Positions 1-9,687 of a stretch of DNA of 31,762 nt are shown piece by piece. The position numbers and the translations under genes are program-made. Position 1 is the stretch's first letter; every line of letters begins with the position of its first letter. Below the pieces are notes generated by a model. It did no database searches. It saw only the letters and a program-made list of their open reading frames with translations, and had not been told where the DNA came from. Location: the NCBI RefSeq assembly GCF_006345805.1, contig NW_021823715.1, forward strand, positions 1-31,762. The letters run 5' to 3'. The stretch is from Octopus sinensis. Its lineage: Eukaryota.

Positions 1-79
1 GTCCCTACGTCTGTTTCCTAGCTACCTGGCATAGACTTCACAATGGAAGTATATTAAAAGATGTTCCTATATCATTAAA

Positions 80-126
80 ACACACACACACACACACACT
101 CTCTCTCTCTCTCTCTCTCTCTCTTC

Positions 127-152
<26 letters not shown>
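80..152. repeat. Compound (CA)n-(CT)n microsatellite
   Basis: Direct reading of the sequence. Confidence 0.95.
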
Positions 153-158
<6 letters not shown>

Positions 159-330
159 TCTCTTTTTTTAAAAATCTGTAATAATGAAATTACCAATCCT
201 AATTACTAATGATCTTGTGCTTTTAGAATGACTGAGACAAAGAATTCACAGGAGATATTACACCAGTAAGGTCAAGTGACAAGAATTCTAGGAGTATAAC
301 ATGAGCAACATGATTGGAGAATAATCATAC

Positions 331-435
331 CCATCATTGGTTTTGCTGGTGGACCCACTGGGATCATTTGCAAATGGTTGTACCTGTTTGGACATACTTG
401 GTTGGGTTTCATATACATTATATCGTGACTTGAAA
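331..435 (-). CDS. Candidate internal coding exon (105 nt, phase 2 to 2) of an unidentified gene: (S)FKSRYNVYETQPSMSKQVQPFANDPSGSTSKTND(G)
   Basis: Minus strand reads atttctgtcAG|TTTCAAG...AATGATGG|GTatga. The phase-2 frame is open and continues the phase-2 end of the exon at 5695-5791. The sequence is unique and non-repetitive. Read-through of the donor would instead stop at 288-290. No protein family recognised. Confidence 0.5.
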
Positions 436-453
436 CTGACAGAAATTATCTTT

Positions 454-685
454 AGGCGGTAAGCTGGCAGAAACGTTAGCACACCGGGTGAAATGCATAG
501 CGGTATTTTGCCTGCCGTTGTGTTCTGTGTTCAAATTCCGCCGAGGTCGACTTTGCCTTTCATCCTTTCGGGGTCGATAAATTAAGTACCAGTTACACAC
601 TGGGGTCGATGTAATCGACTTAATCCCTTTGTCTGTCCTTGTTTGTCCCCTCTATGTTTAGCCCCTTGTGGGAAATAAAGAAATA
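454..685 (+). mobile_element. Full-length tRNA-derived SINE, family A
   Basis: A-box-like TGGCAGAAACGTT and B box GTTCAAATTCC. Central gtcgactttgcctttcatcctttcggggtcgataaattaagtaccag resembles, from memory, the Meta/MESC SINE domain. 13-bp TSD agaaattatcttt at 441-453 and 686-698. Many copies in the window. Confidence 0.95.
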
Positions 686-769
686 AGAAATTATCTTTGC
701 AATGAGGAGATGAAAACTACTGCTAATGTCATTCAAAATACAAATGCAATTATTAGTGAATGAGACCAA

Positions 770-1010
770 CAACATCATCAGTTCAATGTTCACTGTCCCA
801 TACTTGCAGGAGTCATTGAAATCATGGATGCTGATTTTCTACCACCTGATGCCTTTCCTGTCACCAACACTCACCTGTTTCCAGGCAAGGTGGGTTCTCA
901 GGCATGTTTTAATGGGAGATTGGAGAGGAAGTCCAACACCTGCATGACAGTGAGACTCATCTACAGCCGTCACTCTATATCAAAGCAAGACACAAAAACA
1001 AGACACAAAT
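770..1010 (-). mobile_element. Degenerate family C-related retroposon end
   Basis: catcatc start and gatgcctttcctgtcaccaac motif resemble the family C copies at 3045-3372. Confidence 0.45.
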
Positions 1011-1012
1011 AC

Positions 1013-1015
1013 TCT

Positions 1016-1062
<47 letters not shown>
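1013..1062. repeat. (CA)n microsatellite
   Basis: Direct reading. Confidence 0.95.
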
Positions 1063-1168
1063 CTATATGGAAGGAAGGGCATTCAGCTGTAAAACATATT
1101 CATCTAACTCATGCAAACATGGAAAAATTGGATGTAAAGTGAATAAAGAAAGGAACACACATCTCTGT

Positions 1169-1319
1169 CTTTCAGTTTCTGCCTACCAAATACACCTACA
1201 AGGGTTTCGCCAACCCAGGGAGCTATAGCAGAGGACACTTACTCAAGGTGCCATGTACTGGGACTGAACCAAAAACCATATGGGCTGCTAGTGCACTACT
1301 TAACCTCACAGCCATGCCT
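1169..1319 (-). mobile_element. SINE family B, 5' half (tRNA head plus CORE-like domain), diverged
   Basis: Reverse complement aligns by eye to B heads at 9026, 26921 and 30683 (ggctgtg.ggtaag...ggttcagtccc...ggcaccttg.g.aagtgtc). Confidence 0.85.
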
Positions 1320-1455
1320 TGAGATGACTCAGAAAAACATCAGATAATCAGATGCTTTTCGGGTTTGTTCTTGTCCAGCTTAAGCAGGGATCCAGGTGGG
1401 AAGTCAGGTGTATGTCGTGTGAAAGGTGTGCATATATATATACGTGCATGTGTGT

Positions 1456-1491
<36 letters not shown>

Positions 1492-2778
1492 ATGTAAGTA
1501 AATGTTGACATTATGCATGTCACTATTTGAGCAAATTGGTGACGATGTTTACATTACTGCTTTGGTGCTATGACCAGTCTCCCTGCACTTTTGAAAGACA
1601 AGCGATGGTTGTTGACAGGAAGAGCATCCAGTCATAAAATCCTGCCTCACAAATCAATTCTCATCCAAATCGTGATTCCATAGAATAACAAACACACACA
1701 CACACATACACACACACATTAATCTTCAGTAACAATTTGCAGGAATAGTTAATTCAATCCAATAGAAAACAAGTATTTTTCCTAAATGGTAACAGCACTT
1801 CACTCTTTCATTGGCTAACACAAACCACATAAGGGTTGCATATAAAGGTCAGTAATTCCAAACTGAAATGGTCATTTTTCTTAAAGGGGGTCATTTATGT
1901 TTGACTTAATAACAAAATTTTCTGTTTTGGTTTTTCTGTATCCCTTTTGTATATGAGAATATGCTTTCCGTTCACTGAATCAAGAATATGCTGGAAAGCT
2001 TGAATCTTCAGTTCTTTGCAAGGAGGTATGAGGAGAACACCCACCAGTCAAAATTTTTAGCTTTCAGGTGCGTGTAATTAGCAGTGCCTGCTACAACCAT
2101 TATACACCTGGCATTTGCAATATACTCCCATTTCACCATGGGTTGCTTTCTGTTTTGTTATTCAGGAATCAAACATATTTTGAAAGAATTGTTGCATTAC
2201 TTTTATTTCTAGACCTAAACAAATAGGTGTGTTATATGAATTTTGTTTTAAAGGTGTTCTCAGTTTTTCTAATGTATCTTTTTACTGCTCATTTTATATC
2301 TACTATTAACAAACCATGTATAATTACTCTCATTGCTTTTGAAAGCTATGTCTAACTGTGCACAAAATTATACAAGGAGTTCCAAGAAACACGTATGGAA
2401 GCCAAAATATTTTTCAGGGAGTGATCATCAATCCTTACTGTGAATGAAGTGTGTTAGCAATTAAAAGGACGAAGGCCTAATGCCACCCTGGATTGAAGGA
2501 AATTGTTTATTACAGATCAATTTGGACATCTGCTTGATTGAATATTTGTGAAACTGAAAGTAAGGAGAAATGGCATCAGTTGCATAATTAAACTGTTAAA
2601 ATATTGTATATCAGGTTGACTTTGATTTACATAACTTTAAGGTTTACAGATGCAAAAAAAAAATGATTTTGTTTTTTTTTATGTGTTTTATTTTGGTGCA
2701 GAAATATCTATCCAAAGGATCAGATAGGAATTTCTGTTTGAAGATTCATGCAATGCAATTTTGTGTTAAGCTGTTAAT

Positions 2779-2811
<33 letters not shown>

Positions 2812-2820
2812 CAAATATCT

Positions 2821-3041
<221 letters not shown>

Positions 3042-3044
3042 TAT

Positions 3045-3372
3045 ATCATCATCATCATTTAACGTCCGCTTTCCATGCTAGCATGGGTTGGATGGTTCAA
3101 CTGGAGTCTGGGGAGCCCGAAGGCTGCACCAGGCCAGTCAGATCTGGCAGTGTTTCTATGTATATGTATATATCATCATCATTATTATTATTTAATGTCT
3201 AGCATGGGTTGGACAGTTTGATAAGATCTGGGATCTGGCAAGCTGCAGGGCTGCATTGAGGTCCAATGTCAGCACTGACATGGTTTCTATAGCTAGATAT
3301 CCTTCCTAACACCAACCACTTAAGTGTGTACTGGGTACTCTTTCCGTGCCACTGACATTAGTGAGGTCACTG
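3045..3372 (-). mobile_element. Two tandem family C fragments (3045-3158, 3172-3372): RTE-like 3' ends with (TGA)n tail
   Basis: Both start (ATC)n-ttaa.gtc...ctagcatgggttgga and contain gtttcta; the second has ccttcctaacaccaaccact. RTE assignment is from recollection of such tails. Confidence 0.7.
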
Positions 3373-3378
3373 GGCTCC

Positions 3379-3464
3379 CTTCAGTTTTCCACCTACCAAA
3401 TCCACTCGCAAGGCTTTGGTCAGCCTGGAGCTACAGTAGAAGACACTTGTCAAGGTACCACACA
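3379..3464 (-). mobile_element. SINE family B internal fragment, truncated at the LINE junction
   Basis: cttcagttttccacctaccaaatccactcgcaaggctttggtcagcc...gaagacacttgtcaaggtaccac is the reverse complement of the B 5' half. Confidence 0.85.
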
Positions 3465-4212
3465 AAAGTATTGAAGGAATTACTTATCTCGATTATTGGG
3501 ACCGCCTTAAAGCCTTGAAACTCTACTCTCTCCAGCGCTACTGCGAGTGGTACATCATTTGTACGATGAGGAGAATATACCTATTTCTTTATTACCCACA
3601 AGGGGCTAAACATAGAGGGGACAAACAAGGACAGACATAGGTATTAAGTCGATTATATCGACCCCAGAGCGTAACTGGTACTTAATTTATCGACCCCGAA
3701 AGGATGAAAGGCAAAGTTGACCTCGGCGGAATTTGAACTCACAACGTAACGACAGACGAAATACCGCTAAGCATTTCATCCGGCGTGCTAACGTTTCTGC
3801 CAGCTCGCCGCCTTGAGGAGAATATACCGCCAGCATTGCCCAAATGACCTGAACATTAGTTTCAAGGTTCATCCAAGGCAGGGACCACGGGCCATACGTC
3901 CCCTGCCTAATTCAGGTTCACAGCATATAGGTACACTGCGACATAATTTCTTTTCCTCAGCAGGCTCTGCCCTGTTTAACATTGTCCCAAAAACATCAAA
4001 GAAGAAAAGGATCCCATCACCTTTAAACGGAGGCTGGACAGATTTCTTCAAGGAATACCAGATAAGCCACCCATAATTGGATACAACTCACTCAACAAGA
4101 ACTCACTACTTGAATGGACCATAAATTAAACAGGATTTAGATAATCCTATCAGGTGGTGCTATTAAGTTAGACATAGCCTGGACCAATCTTTGGTCGAAA
4201 CATATCTTAGTT
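3465..4212 (+). mobile_element. 5'-truncated, decayed CR1/L2-type LINE 3' end (ORF2 C-terminus plus 3' UTR), interrupted by a SINE
   Basis: Removing the SINE and one TSD copy gives IEGITYLDYWDRLKALKLYSLQRYCEWYIICTMRRIYRQHCPNDLNISFKVHPRQGPRAIRP...SALFNIVP, then after a frameshift NIKEEKDPITFKRRLDRFLQGIPDKPPIIGYNSLNKNSLLEW. The YWxRLKxLxLYSL, LFNxxP and FKxxLDxFLxxIPDxP motifs are typical of CR1/L2-group ORF2 C-termini. Confidence 0.85.
3582..3813 (-). mobile_element. Full-length SINE family A inserted into the LINE
   Basis: Reverse complement of the 454-685 family. 15-bp TSD tgaggagaatatacc at 3567-3581 and 3814-3828. Confidence 0.97.
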
Positions 4213-4214
4213 TA

Positions 4215-4251
<37 letters not shown>

Positions 4252-4252
4252 A

Positions 4253-4640
4253 CACAAACTGCAGAACAGGGCACCACTGCTTAGTGCTAAAAATCCCTAC
4301 ATTGCTGTCAGGATACAGGACCAGATACTGCAACAGCTTGGGTTTCATGAGCCCACAGGCTCTTCAATATCCTCCCACAAAACCTGAGAGACCTACATGG
4401 GGTGGATGTAGGTGTCTTCAAAATATAACAGGTTCTCATCCTGTCAAGAGTTCCGGATGAATCTACCTCACAGCAAGAAGCGCAGATGAGGCCAGCAACA
4501 TCAAACTCTCTCGCTCACCAAATGCCACATGTCAGAGGAGGTTTAGCAAAAAGCGTAGCAAAGCTAACAGTGATACCCCAGCATGGCCACAGCTCTTGAG
4601 CTGAAACTAGTAAAAAAAAAAAAAAAAAGAAAAAAGAAAG
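4253..4640 (+). mobile_element. Second CR1/L2-type LINE 3' end (different subfamily) with A-rich tail
   Basis: Translates RTGHHCLVLKIPTLLSGYRTRYCNSLGF, then after a frameshift LFNILPQNLRDLHGVDVGVFKI*...LSRVPDESTSQQEAQMRPATSNSLAHQM. Terminal hairpin plus GAAAC and poly(A) at 4612-4640. Confidence 0.8.
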
Positions 4641-4744
4641 AAAATAATTCTTTAAGAGACATTTGCAAACAAGTGGAAGGAAAGCATGTCGAAATATCTG
4701 TGTGTCTGTCTTTGCGTGGGTGTATATGGTGTATATGCCTGTGT

Positions 4745-4763
4745 GTATGTGTGCTTGGTGTGT

Positions 4764-4813
<50 letters not shown>

Positions 4814-5150
4814 TACCAGGATCTGTGCATGTGTGAAGCAAGTATCTGTTATGTTTTCTAAAGAAAACAATAAGTCATATCCTGCCGATCCCCTCAGCAA
4901 CTTCTTAAATACACAATTACTTCATATTCTATTCTACTAATATATATATATATATATATAAGTATGTGTGCGTGTGCACGTGTGTGTGCATGTGTGTATG
5001 TGTAATATATTCATCTATATTTTTGGAACAAAAACTACAACTTGCATGAAGAGCTCAGTAACAAGTTGAGACACTATGAAGTATATCATCTTCATCATCA
5101 TCATCATCATCATCGTCATCGCCATCAACACCATCATCTTCATCTTTTAA
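4745..5150. repeat. Cluster of (GT)n, (TA)n and (CAT)n microsatellites
   Basis: Direct reading. Confidence 0.9.
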
Positions 5151-5293
5151 TGAAGTATAACATACTTATTACATATGAACATGTTGAATCATTGTTTCAA
5201 GTTAGGTTTTTCTTTATGACTAACCACCGTGTATATATATCTCCATCCACACATACATACACACACACACACATATATATATGTGTGTGTGTG

Positions 5294-5611
5294 AAGGCCC
5301 AATGGCCCAGTGGTTAGGGCAGTGGACTTGCAGTCGGAGGATCGCGGTTTCAATTCCCAGACCGGGCGTTGTGCGTGTTTATTGACCGAAAACACCTAAA
5401 AGCTTCACGAGGCTCTGGCAGGGGGTGGTGGCGACCCCTGTTGTACTCTTCCGCCACAACTTTCTCTCACTCTCTCTTCCTGTTTCTTAGAGTAATGCTG
5501 CGATGGACTGGCGTCCCGTCCAGCTGGAGGGGGGGACACATACGCCACAGAAACCTGGTAACCTGACCCATGTGCCTCGCTAATATTGAAAAGGGTAACG
5601 TTTATCGCTTT
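5294..5611 (+). mobile_element. tRNA-derived SINE family D
   Basis: A box TGGCCCAGTGG and B box GGTTTCAATTCC. 3' part ctgcgatggactggcgtcccgtccag...gccacagaaacc is shared with the family E tail at 9408-9510. Confidence 0.85.
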
Positions 5612-5694
5612 ATATATATTAATATATATATATATATACCATCATCATCACATATATATGTATGTATGTATATACCTATATATATTAGACTTAC

Positions 5695-5791
5695 CTATTT
5701 CTCTGCAGATTGAACAATTGAGAAAAAGCTTCTAATTGATTTTCAACCGTTGTTGTGGTCTCATCAGAAGTCTCTACATCACTTGACCAAT
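5695..5791 (-). CDS. Candidate internal coding exon (97 nt, phase 1 to 2) of an unidentified gene: (D)WSSDVETSDETTTTVENQLEAFSQLFNLQRN(S/R)
   Basis: Minus strand: gatttctctcAG|ATTGG...AAATAG|GTAAGT (consensus donor). Only one of the three frames is open. It is a unique island between microsatellites. No family recognised. Confidence 0.65.
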
Positions 5792-5805
5792 CTGAGAGAA
5801 ATCTT

Positions 5806-5850
5806 GTGTGTGTGCGTGTGTGTGTGCGTGTGTGTGTGCGTGTGTGTGTG
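5806..5850. repeat. (GTGTGTGC)n / (GT)n repeat
   Basis: Direct reading. Confidence 0.9.
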
Positions 5851-6032
5851 TACATATACATATACAGATTAAAATATTTTTCCTCTCCATTTTTTTGTTT
5901 CTTTCTGCTGAAGTGCATAGGCTTGAAACGTCAAAGACTTTACCATTTTTTCCCACGCATCAAGCAAATACACCTCTTTGTTGCTCCCTCACCTGTCCCT
6001 GTCTTTTGCTTTTTGTCCATTTGAACAATATG

Positions 6033-6073
<41 letters not shown>

Positions 6074-6078
6074 TATAT

Positions 6079-6310
6079 ATTTCTTTACTGCCCACAAGGG
6101 GCTAAACATAGAGGGGACAAACAAGGACAGACGAAGGGATTAAGTCGATTATATCGTCCCCAGTGCGAAACTGGTGCTTTATTTATCGACCCCGAAAGGA
6201 TGAAAGGCAAAGTTGACCTCGGCGGAATTTGAACTCAGAACATAACGACAGACGAAATACCGCTAAGCATTTCGCCCGGCGCGCTAACATTTCTGCCAGC
6301 TCGCCGCCTT
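6079..6310 (-). mobile_element. Full-length SINE family A within a (TA)n tract
   Basis: Near-identical by eye to 3582-3813; TSD not resolvable in the TA repeat. Confidence 0.95.
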
Positions 6311-6336
6311 AAATGTATATATATATATATATATAA

Positions 6337-6457
6337 AACACGTGATCACATGACCGACCAAACTGTCAAATGTTGTCACACATCGCTAGTCACAATGCGC
6401 TTTTGCATTGTTTTTTAGCCTTCAACTGATGCTACTCCACTGGCTAGATGAGCAAGA
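6337..6457 (-). mobile_element. Probable SINE 3' tail fragment (D-related variant)
   Basis: Recalled as an octopus interspersed repeat; there is no second copy in the window to confirm it. Confidence 0.4.
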
Positions 6458-6567
6458 CATATATGGTTATATTGATTTTGTGTAATTACATCCACATTAG
6501 CTGATTGTGCTCAAATATGTACTTATTAACTGGGTTATATATATGGTATGTGTGTGTTGTGATTTAT

Positions 6568-6655
6568 TATTCTTTTACTGGTTTCAGTGATAGGGTTGTG
6601 GCCTAGCACCACTTTAAGGATTTTGAGTCAATCACATCAAAACCAATACTGATTT
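6568..6655 (-). mobile_element. Highly diverged SINE B 3' tail
   Basis: ttattcttttactggtttcagt...gtggcc...agcaccacttt resembles 13471-13560. Confidence 0.55.
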
Positions 6656-6989
6656 CATTGTGTTAATTAAATAACTAATCCATATTTATCTCATTTGTTA
6701 TACAACACAACACCACCCAATAATTCAAGTTTTTCTTTAACACCTTTTTTTTTGTTTTTTCTTAATTACTCATTCGTCAACATAAACATAGAATCAATTC
6801 CAGTGTACTGAAATTCCAGTGATATAGAATTGGCCAACTTAATGACCTCAAAGAAGACATTCTATGAAGGTTCCATGCAGTGGGGTTTGAACACATAATA
6901 GATATAATCAATGAGTTATGATCAACCTATAGATTTTTAATTAAATGATTTTAAAATGTTATTGTTCTATTTATATTTTGTTGCTATTG

Positions 6990-7862
6990 ATGCAATGTAG
7001 CTGGCAGAATCATTAGCACACTGGGCGAAATGCTTAGCGGTATTTTGTCTGCCGTTACATTCTGAGTTCAAATTCCGCTGAGGTCGACTTTGCCTTTCAT
7101 CCTTTCGGGGGTCGATTAAATATATACCAGTTATGCACTGGAGTCAATGTAATCAACTTAATCCGTTTGTCTGTCCTTGTTTGTTCCTCTCTGTGTTTGG
7201 CCCCTTGTGGGTAGTAAAGAAATGGTTATCAATATTCAGTTAGTAGGCCGGGCGAACTGCCTAGTGGTATTTCGTCTGCCGTTACATTCTGAGTTCAAAT
7301 TCTGCCAAGGTTGACTTTGCCTTTCATCCTTTCGGGGTCGATTAAATAAGTACCATTTATGCACTGGGGTTGATGTAATCAACTTAATCCCTTTTCTGTC
7401 CTTGTTTGTCTCCTCTATGTTTATCCCCCTGCGGGCAATAAAGAAATAAATATTATATGATATAGAAAAGTTGGTGAGCTGGCAGAACTGTTATTTCATC
7501 CATCTTTATGTTCTAAGTTCAAATTCTACCAAAGTTGACTTAGCCTTTTATCTTTTGGGGTTGATGAAATAAATACCAATCAGGCATTGAGATCAATGTA
7601 ATCAACTTACTCCTCCATTAAAATTTCAGGCCTTGTGCCTATAGTAGAAAGGATTGTATGAGAGAGGAAAAGTGGTGATCTGGTGGGATCATGAGCACTT
7701 CACACACGTTGTTTAGTGGCACTTCTTTTCGCTTTATGGTCCAAGTTCAAATTCCACCAAGGTCAACTTTACTCTCATCCTTTCAGGGTTGATGAAATTC
7801 AATACAAATTGAGAACTGGGTTGAATGTAATCAACTAGTGCCCTGCCCCAAAGTTTCAGGCA
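6990..7862 (+). mobile_element. Four head-to-tail SINE A/A' copies: A 6990-7223, 5'-truncated A 7247-7448, A' 7470-7656, A' 7670-7862
   Basis: Each has the gttcaaatt B box and the central cctttcatcctttcgggg domain. A copies end ccccttgtggg...aaagaaat; A' copies end aaatttcaggc(cttgtgcc). Confidence 0.9.
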
Positions 7863-7865
7863 AGG

Positions 7866-8070
7866 TTGTTTATTGAAGTCCAGCCGTCACCCATGCAGAC
7901 CAGCCTCCTCTCTCTACACCACTAAAGTTATCCAAGGCAAAGGCCGATGCAGCTTGGCACTAGTGACATTACAACTCATTTCTACAACTGAGTGAACTGG
8001 AGCAATGTGAAATAAAGTGTCTTGCTCAAGAACAGAACATGCATGGCTCAATGGTTAGAGCATTGAACTT
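7866..8070 (-). mobile_element. SINE family E fragment (CORE-like) with an inverted head segment at 8041-8070
   Basis: ctgagtgaactggagcaatgtgaaataaagtgtcttgctcaagaac matches 9508-9555. It is followed by a plus-oriented tRNA head gcatggctcaatggttagagc. Confidence 0.7.
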
Positions 8071-8083
8071 TTTATATATGTAT

Positions 8084-8116
<33 letters not shown>

Positions 8117-8149
8117 TATAATATATATATATATATAATATGTTTGTGT

Positions 8150-8333
8150 ATATGTATATATGTGTGTTGTATCTGTGTTTGTCCCCCCACCATCACTTGA
8201 CAACCGTAACTTAGCAGTTCTGTAAAAACCCCAACAGAAGAAGTACTAGGCTTACAAAGAATAAGTCCTGGGGTCAATTTGTTCGACTAAAAGGCGGTGC
8301 TCCAGTAAACAAGTAAAAGAATAAAAGAAAGAA
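8150..8333 (+). mobile_element. SINE B 3' half with terminal hairpin deleted
   Basis: Matches 27175-27372 but joins ggtgctccag directly to taaacaagtaaaagaat. Confidence 0.85.
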
Positions 8334-8334
8334 C

Positions 8335-8625
8335 CAGGCACTGGGGTAGATGTAATCAACTGGTACCATATACCAAAATTTCAAGCCTTGTCCCTATAGC
8401 AGAAAGGACAATACAACAGGGAATGTGGTGAGCTGGAAAGATCACAAGCACATCAGACATGATGCTGAGCAGTATTTCTTTGGACTCTTTACATTCTGAG
8501 TTCACATCCTGCCAAAGTTGGCTTGCCTTTCCCTCTTTTGGTTTGACACAATAAAGTACCTCTCAAGTATTAACATGACCTCTCTGCTGACAATTGCAGG
8601 CCTTGTACCAAAATTAGACAGAATT
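8335..8625 (+). mobile_element. Two old A' fragments (8335-8410, 8424-8625)
   Basis: ggtgagctgg head, ttctgagttca box and aaatttcaagccttgt / gcaggccttgtacc tails. Confidence 0.7.
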
Positions 8626-9025
8626 ATATGACAAAAGTTTTCATATGACTGATAAGGGGCTCAAATGCAATTTTTAAAGGCCCTGTCTAAACGCCTCACT
8701 GTTCCATTGTTACTTAGTGTTTGTTATTCACTCATAAGGTTTGAAACAAATTCTAAAGATATTGGTGAGATTTTTATTTTGTTGTTGTTTTGTTTTGATG
8801 TTTTAAAGATTTTGTAATTCAAGTTTCATACTGGTTGGTTGGTTGGTTGGTTGGTAAACTGGTATGGCTGGCTGGCTGGCTGGTTTGTTAACTGGTTGGA
8901 AGGTCAGTCGATTTGTTAGTCAGTTGGTGATGTTATTTTAATAACGTTGTCGAGAGTTTGTAATATTAACGGATATAAATAGATATTCAGGATGCAAGAT
9001 ATCAAATCTAGGACAGACTTGTTAT

Positions 9026-9180
9026 TCGTGGCTGTGTGGTAAGAAGCTTGTTTCCCAACTGCATGCTTCTGGGTTCAGTCCCAGTGCATGGCACCTTGGG
9101 CAAGTATCTTCTACTATAGCCTTCAGCTGACCAAAGCCTTGTCAGTTTGACAGATAGAAATTAAATGAAACCTGTTGCAT
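9026..9180 (+). mobile_element. SINE B 5' half
   Basis: gtggctgtgtggtaagaagcttg...ggttcagtcc...ggcaccttgggcaagt. The ccttgggcaagt motif is CORE-like; an octopus SINE (OR2) has, as I recall, been classed as a CORE-SINE. Confidence 0.9.
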
Positions 9181-9407
9181 ACACACACACACTTACACAT
9201 ACTTATATGTGAGCCCTCATTTATACTGAACCAATAATAAAAAAGATATGTCCATTAATGAACAAAGCCCCTTAAATCAAAAAGATTAGGGTCCTTTTTT
9301 TCTTGCAGTTTTTAACATAAAAAAACTTTAATACAATATACTCTAGAGTACAATATGTAATTATTAGATAATAATAACAATAATAAAAATTATAATACTG
9401 ATAATAA

Positions 9408-9629
9408 TAAACCCTTCTCAAGTCATATAGACTCATAGGGCTAGTTTCCCTGTTTCTGTGGTGCTTCTATTCCTCTCTGGACATCGCAGGATTGCTTATT
9501 TTTGCCAGCTGAGTGGACTGGAATAATGTGAAATGAAGTGTTTTGCTCAAGAACACAGTGTGTCACCTGGTCAAGAATCGAAACCACAATCATGAGTCCA
9601 ACACCCTAACCAATAAGTCATGTGCCTCC
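9408..9629 (-). mobile_element. Near full-length SINE family E
   Basis: Minus strand: tRNA head (tggttaggg...gtttcgattc), CORE-like ttcttgagcaaaacact, tail ccacagaaacagggaaactagccctatgagtc. Confidence 0.8.
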
Positions 9630-9631
9630 AC

Positions 9632-9674
<43 letters not shown>

Positions 9675-9687
9675 TAATGATAATAAC

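Noticed and set aside
869-960. Minus-strand CAG|GTGAGT donor
   Set aside because: Lies within a recalled interspersed repeat; no convincing acceptor or frame.
5294-5368. tRNA-like sequence
   Set aside because: It has A and B boxes but an imperfect acceptor stem and continues into a SINE body; it is a SINE head, not a tRNA gene.
5725-5770. Hammerhead-like CUGAUGA-stem-GAAA on the minus strand
   Set aside because: No convincing stems I and III, and the segment is explained as the coding exon. The motifs at 11113 (no GAAA) and about 15370-15395 (broken core) also fail.
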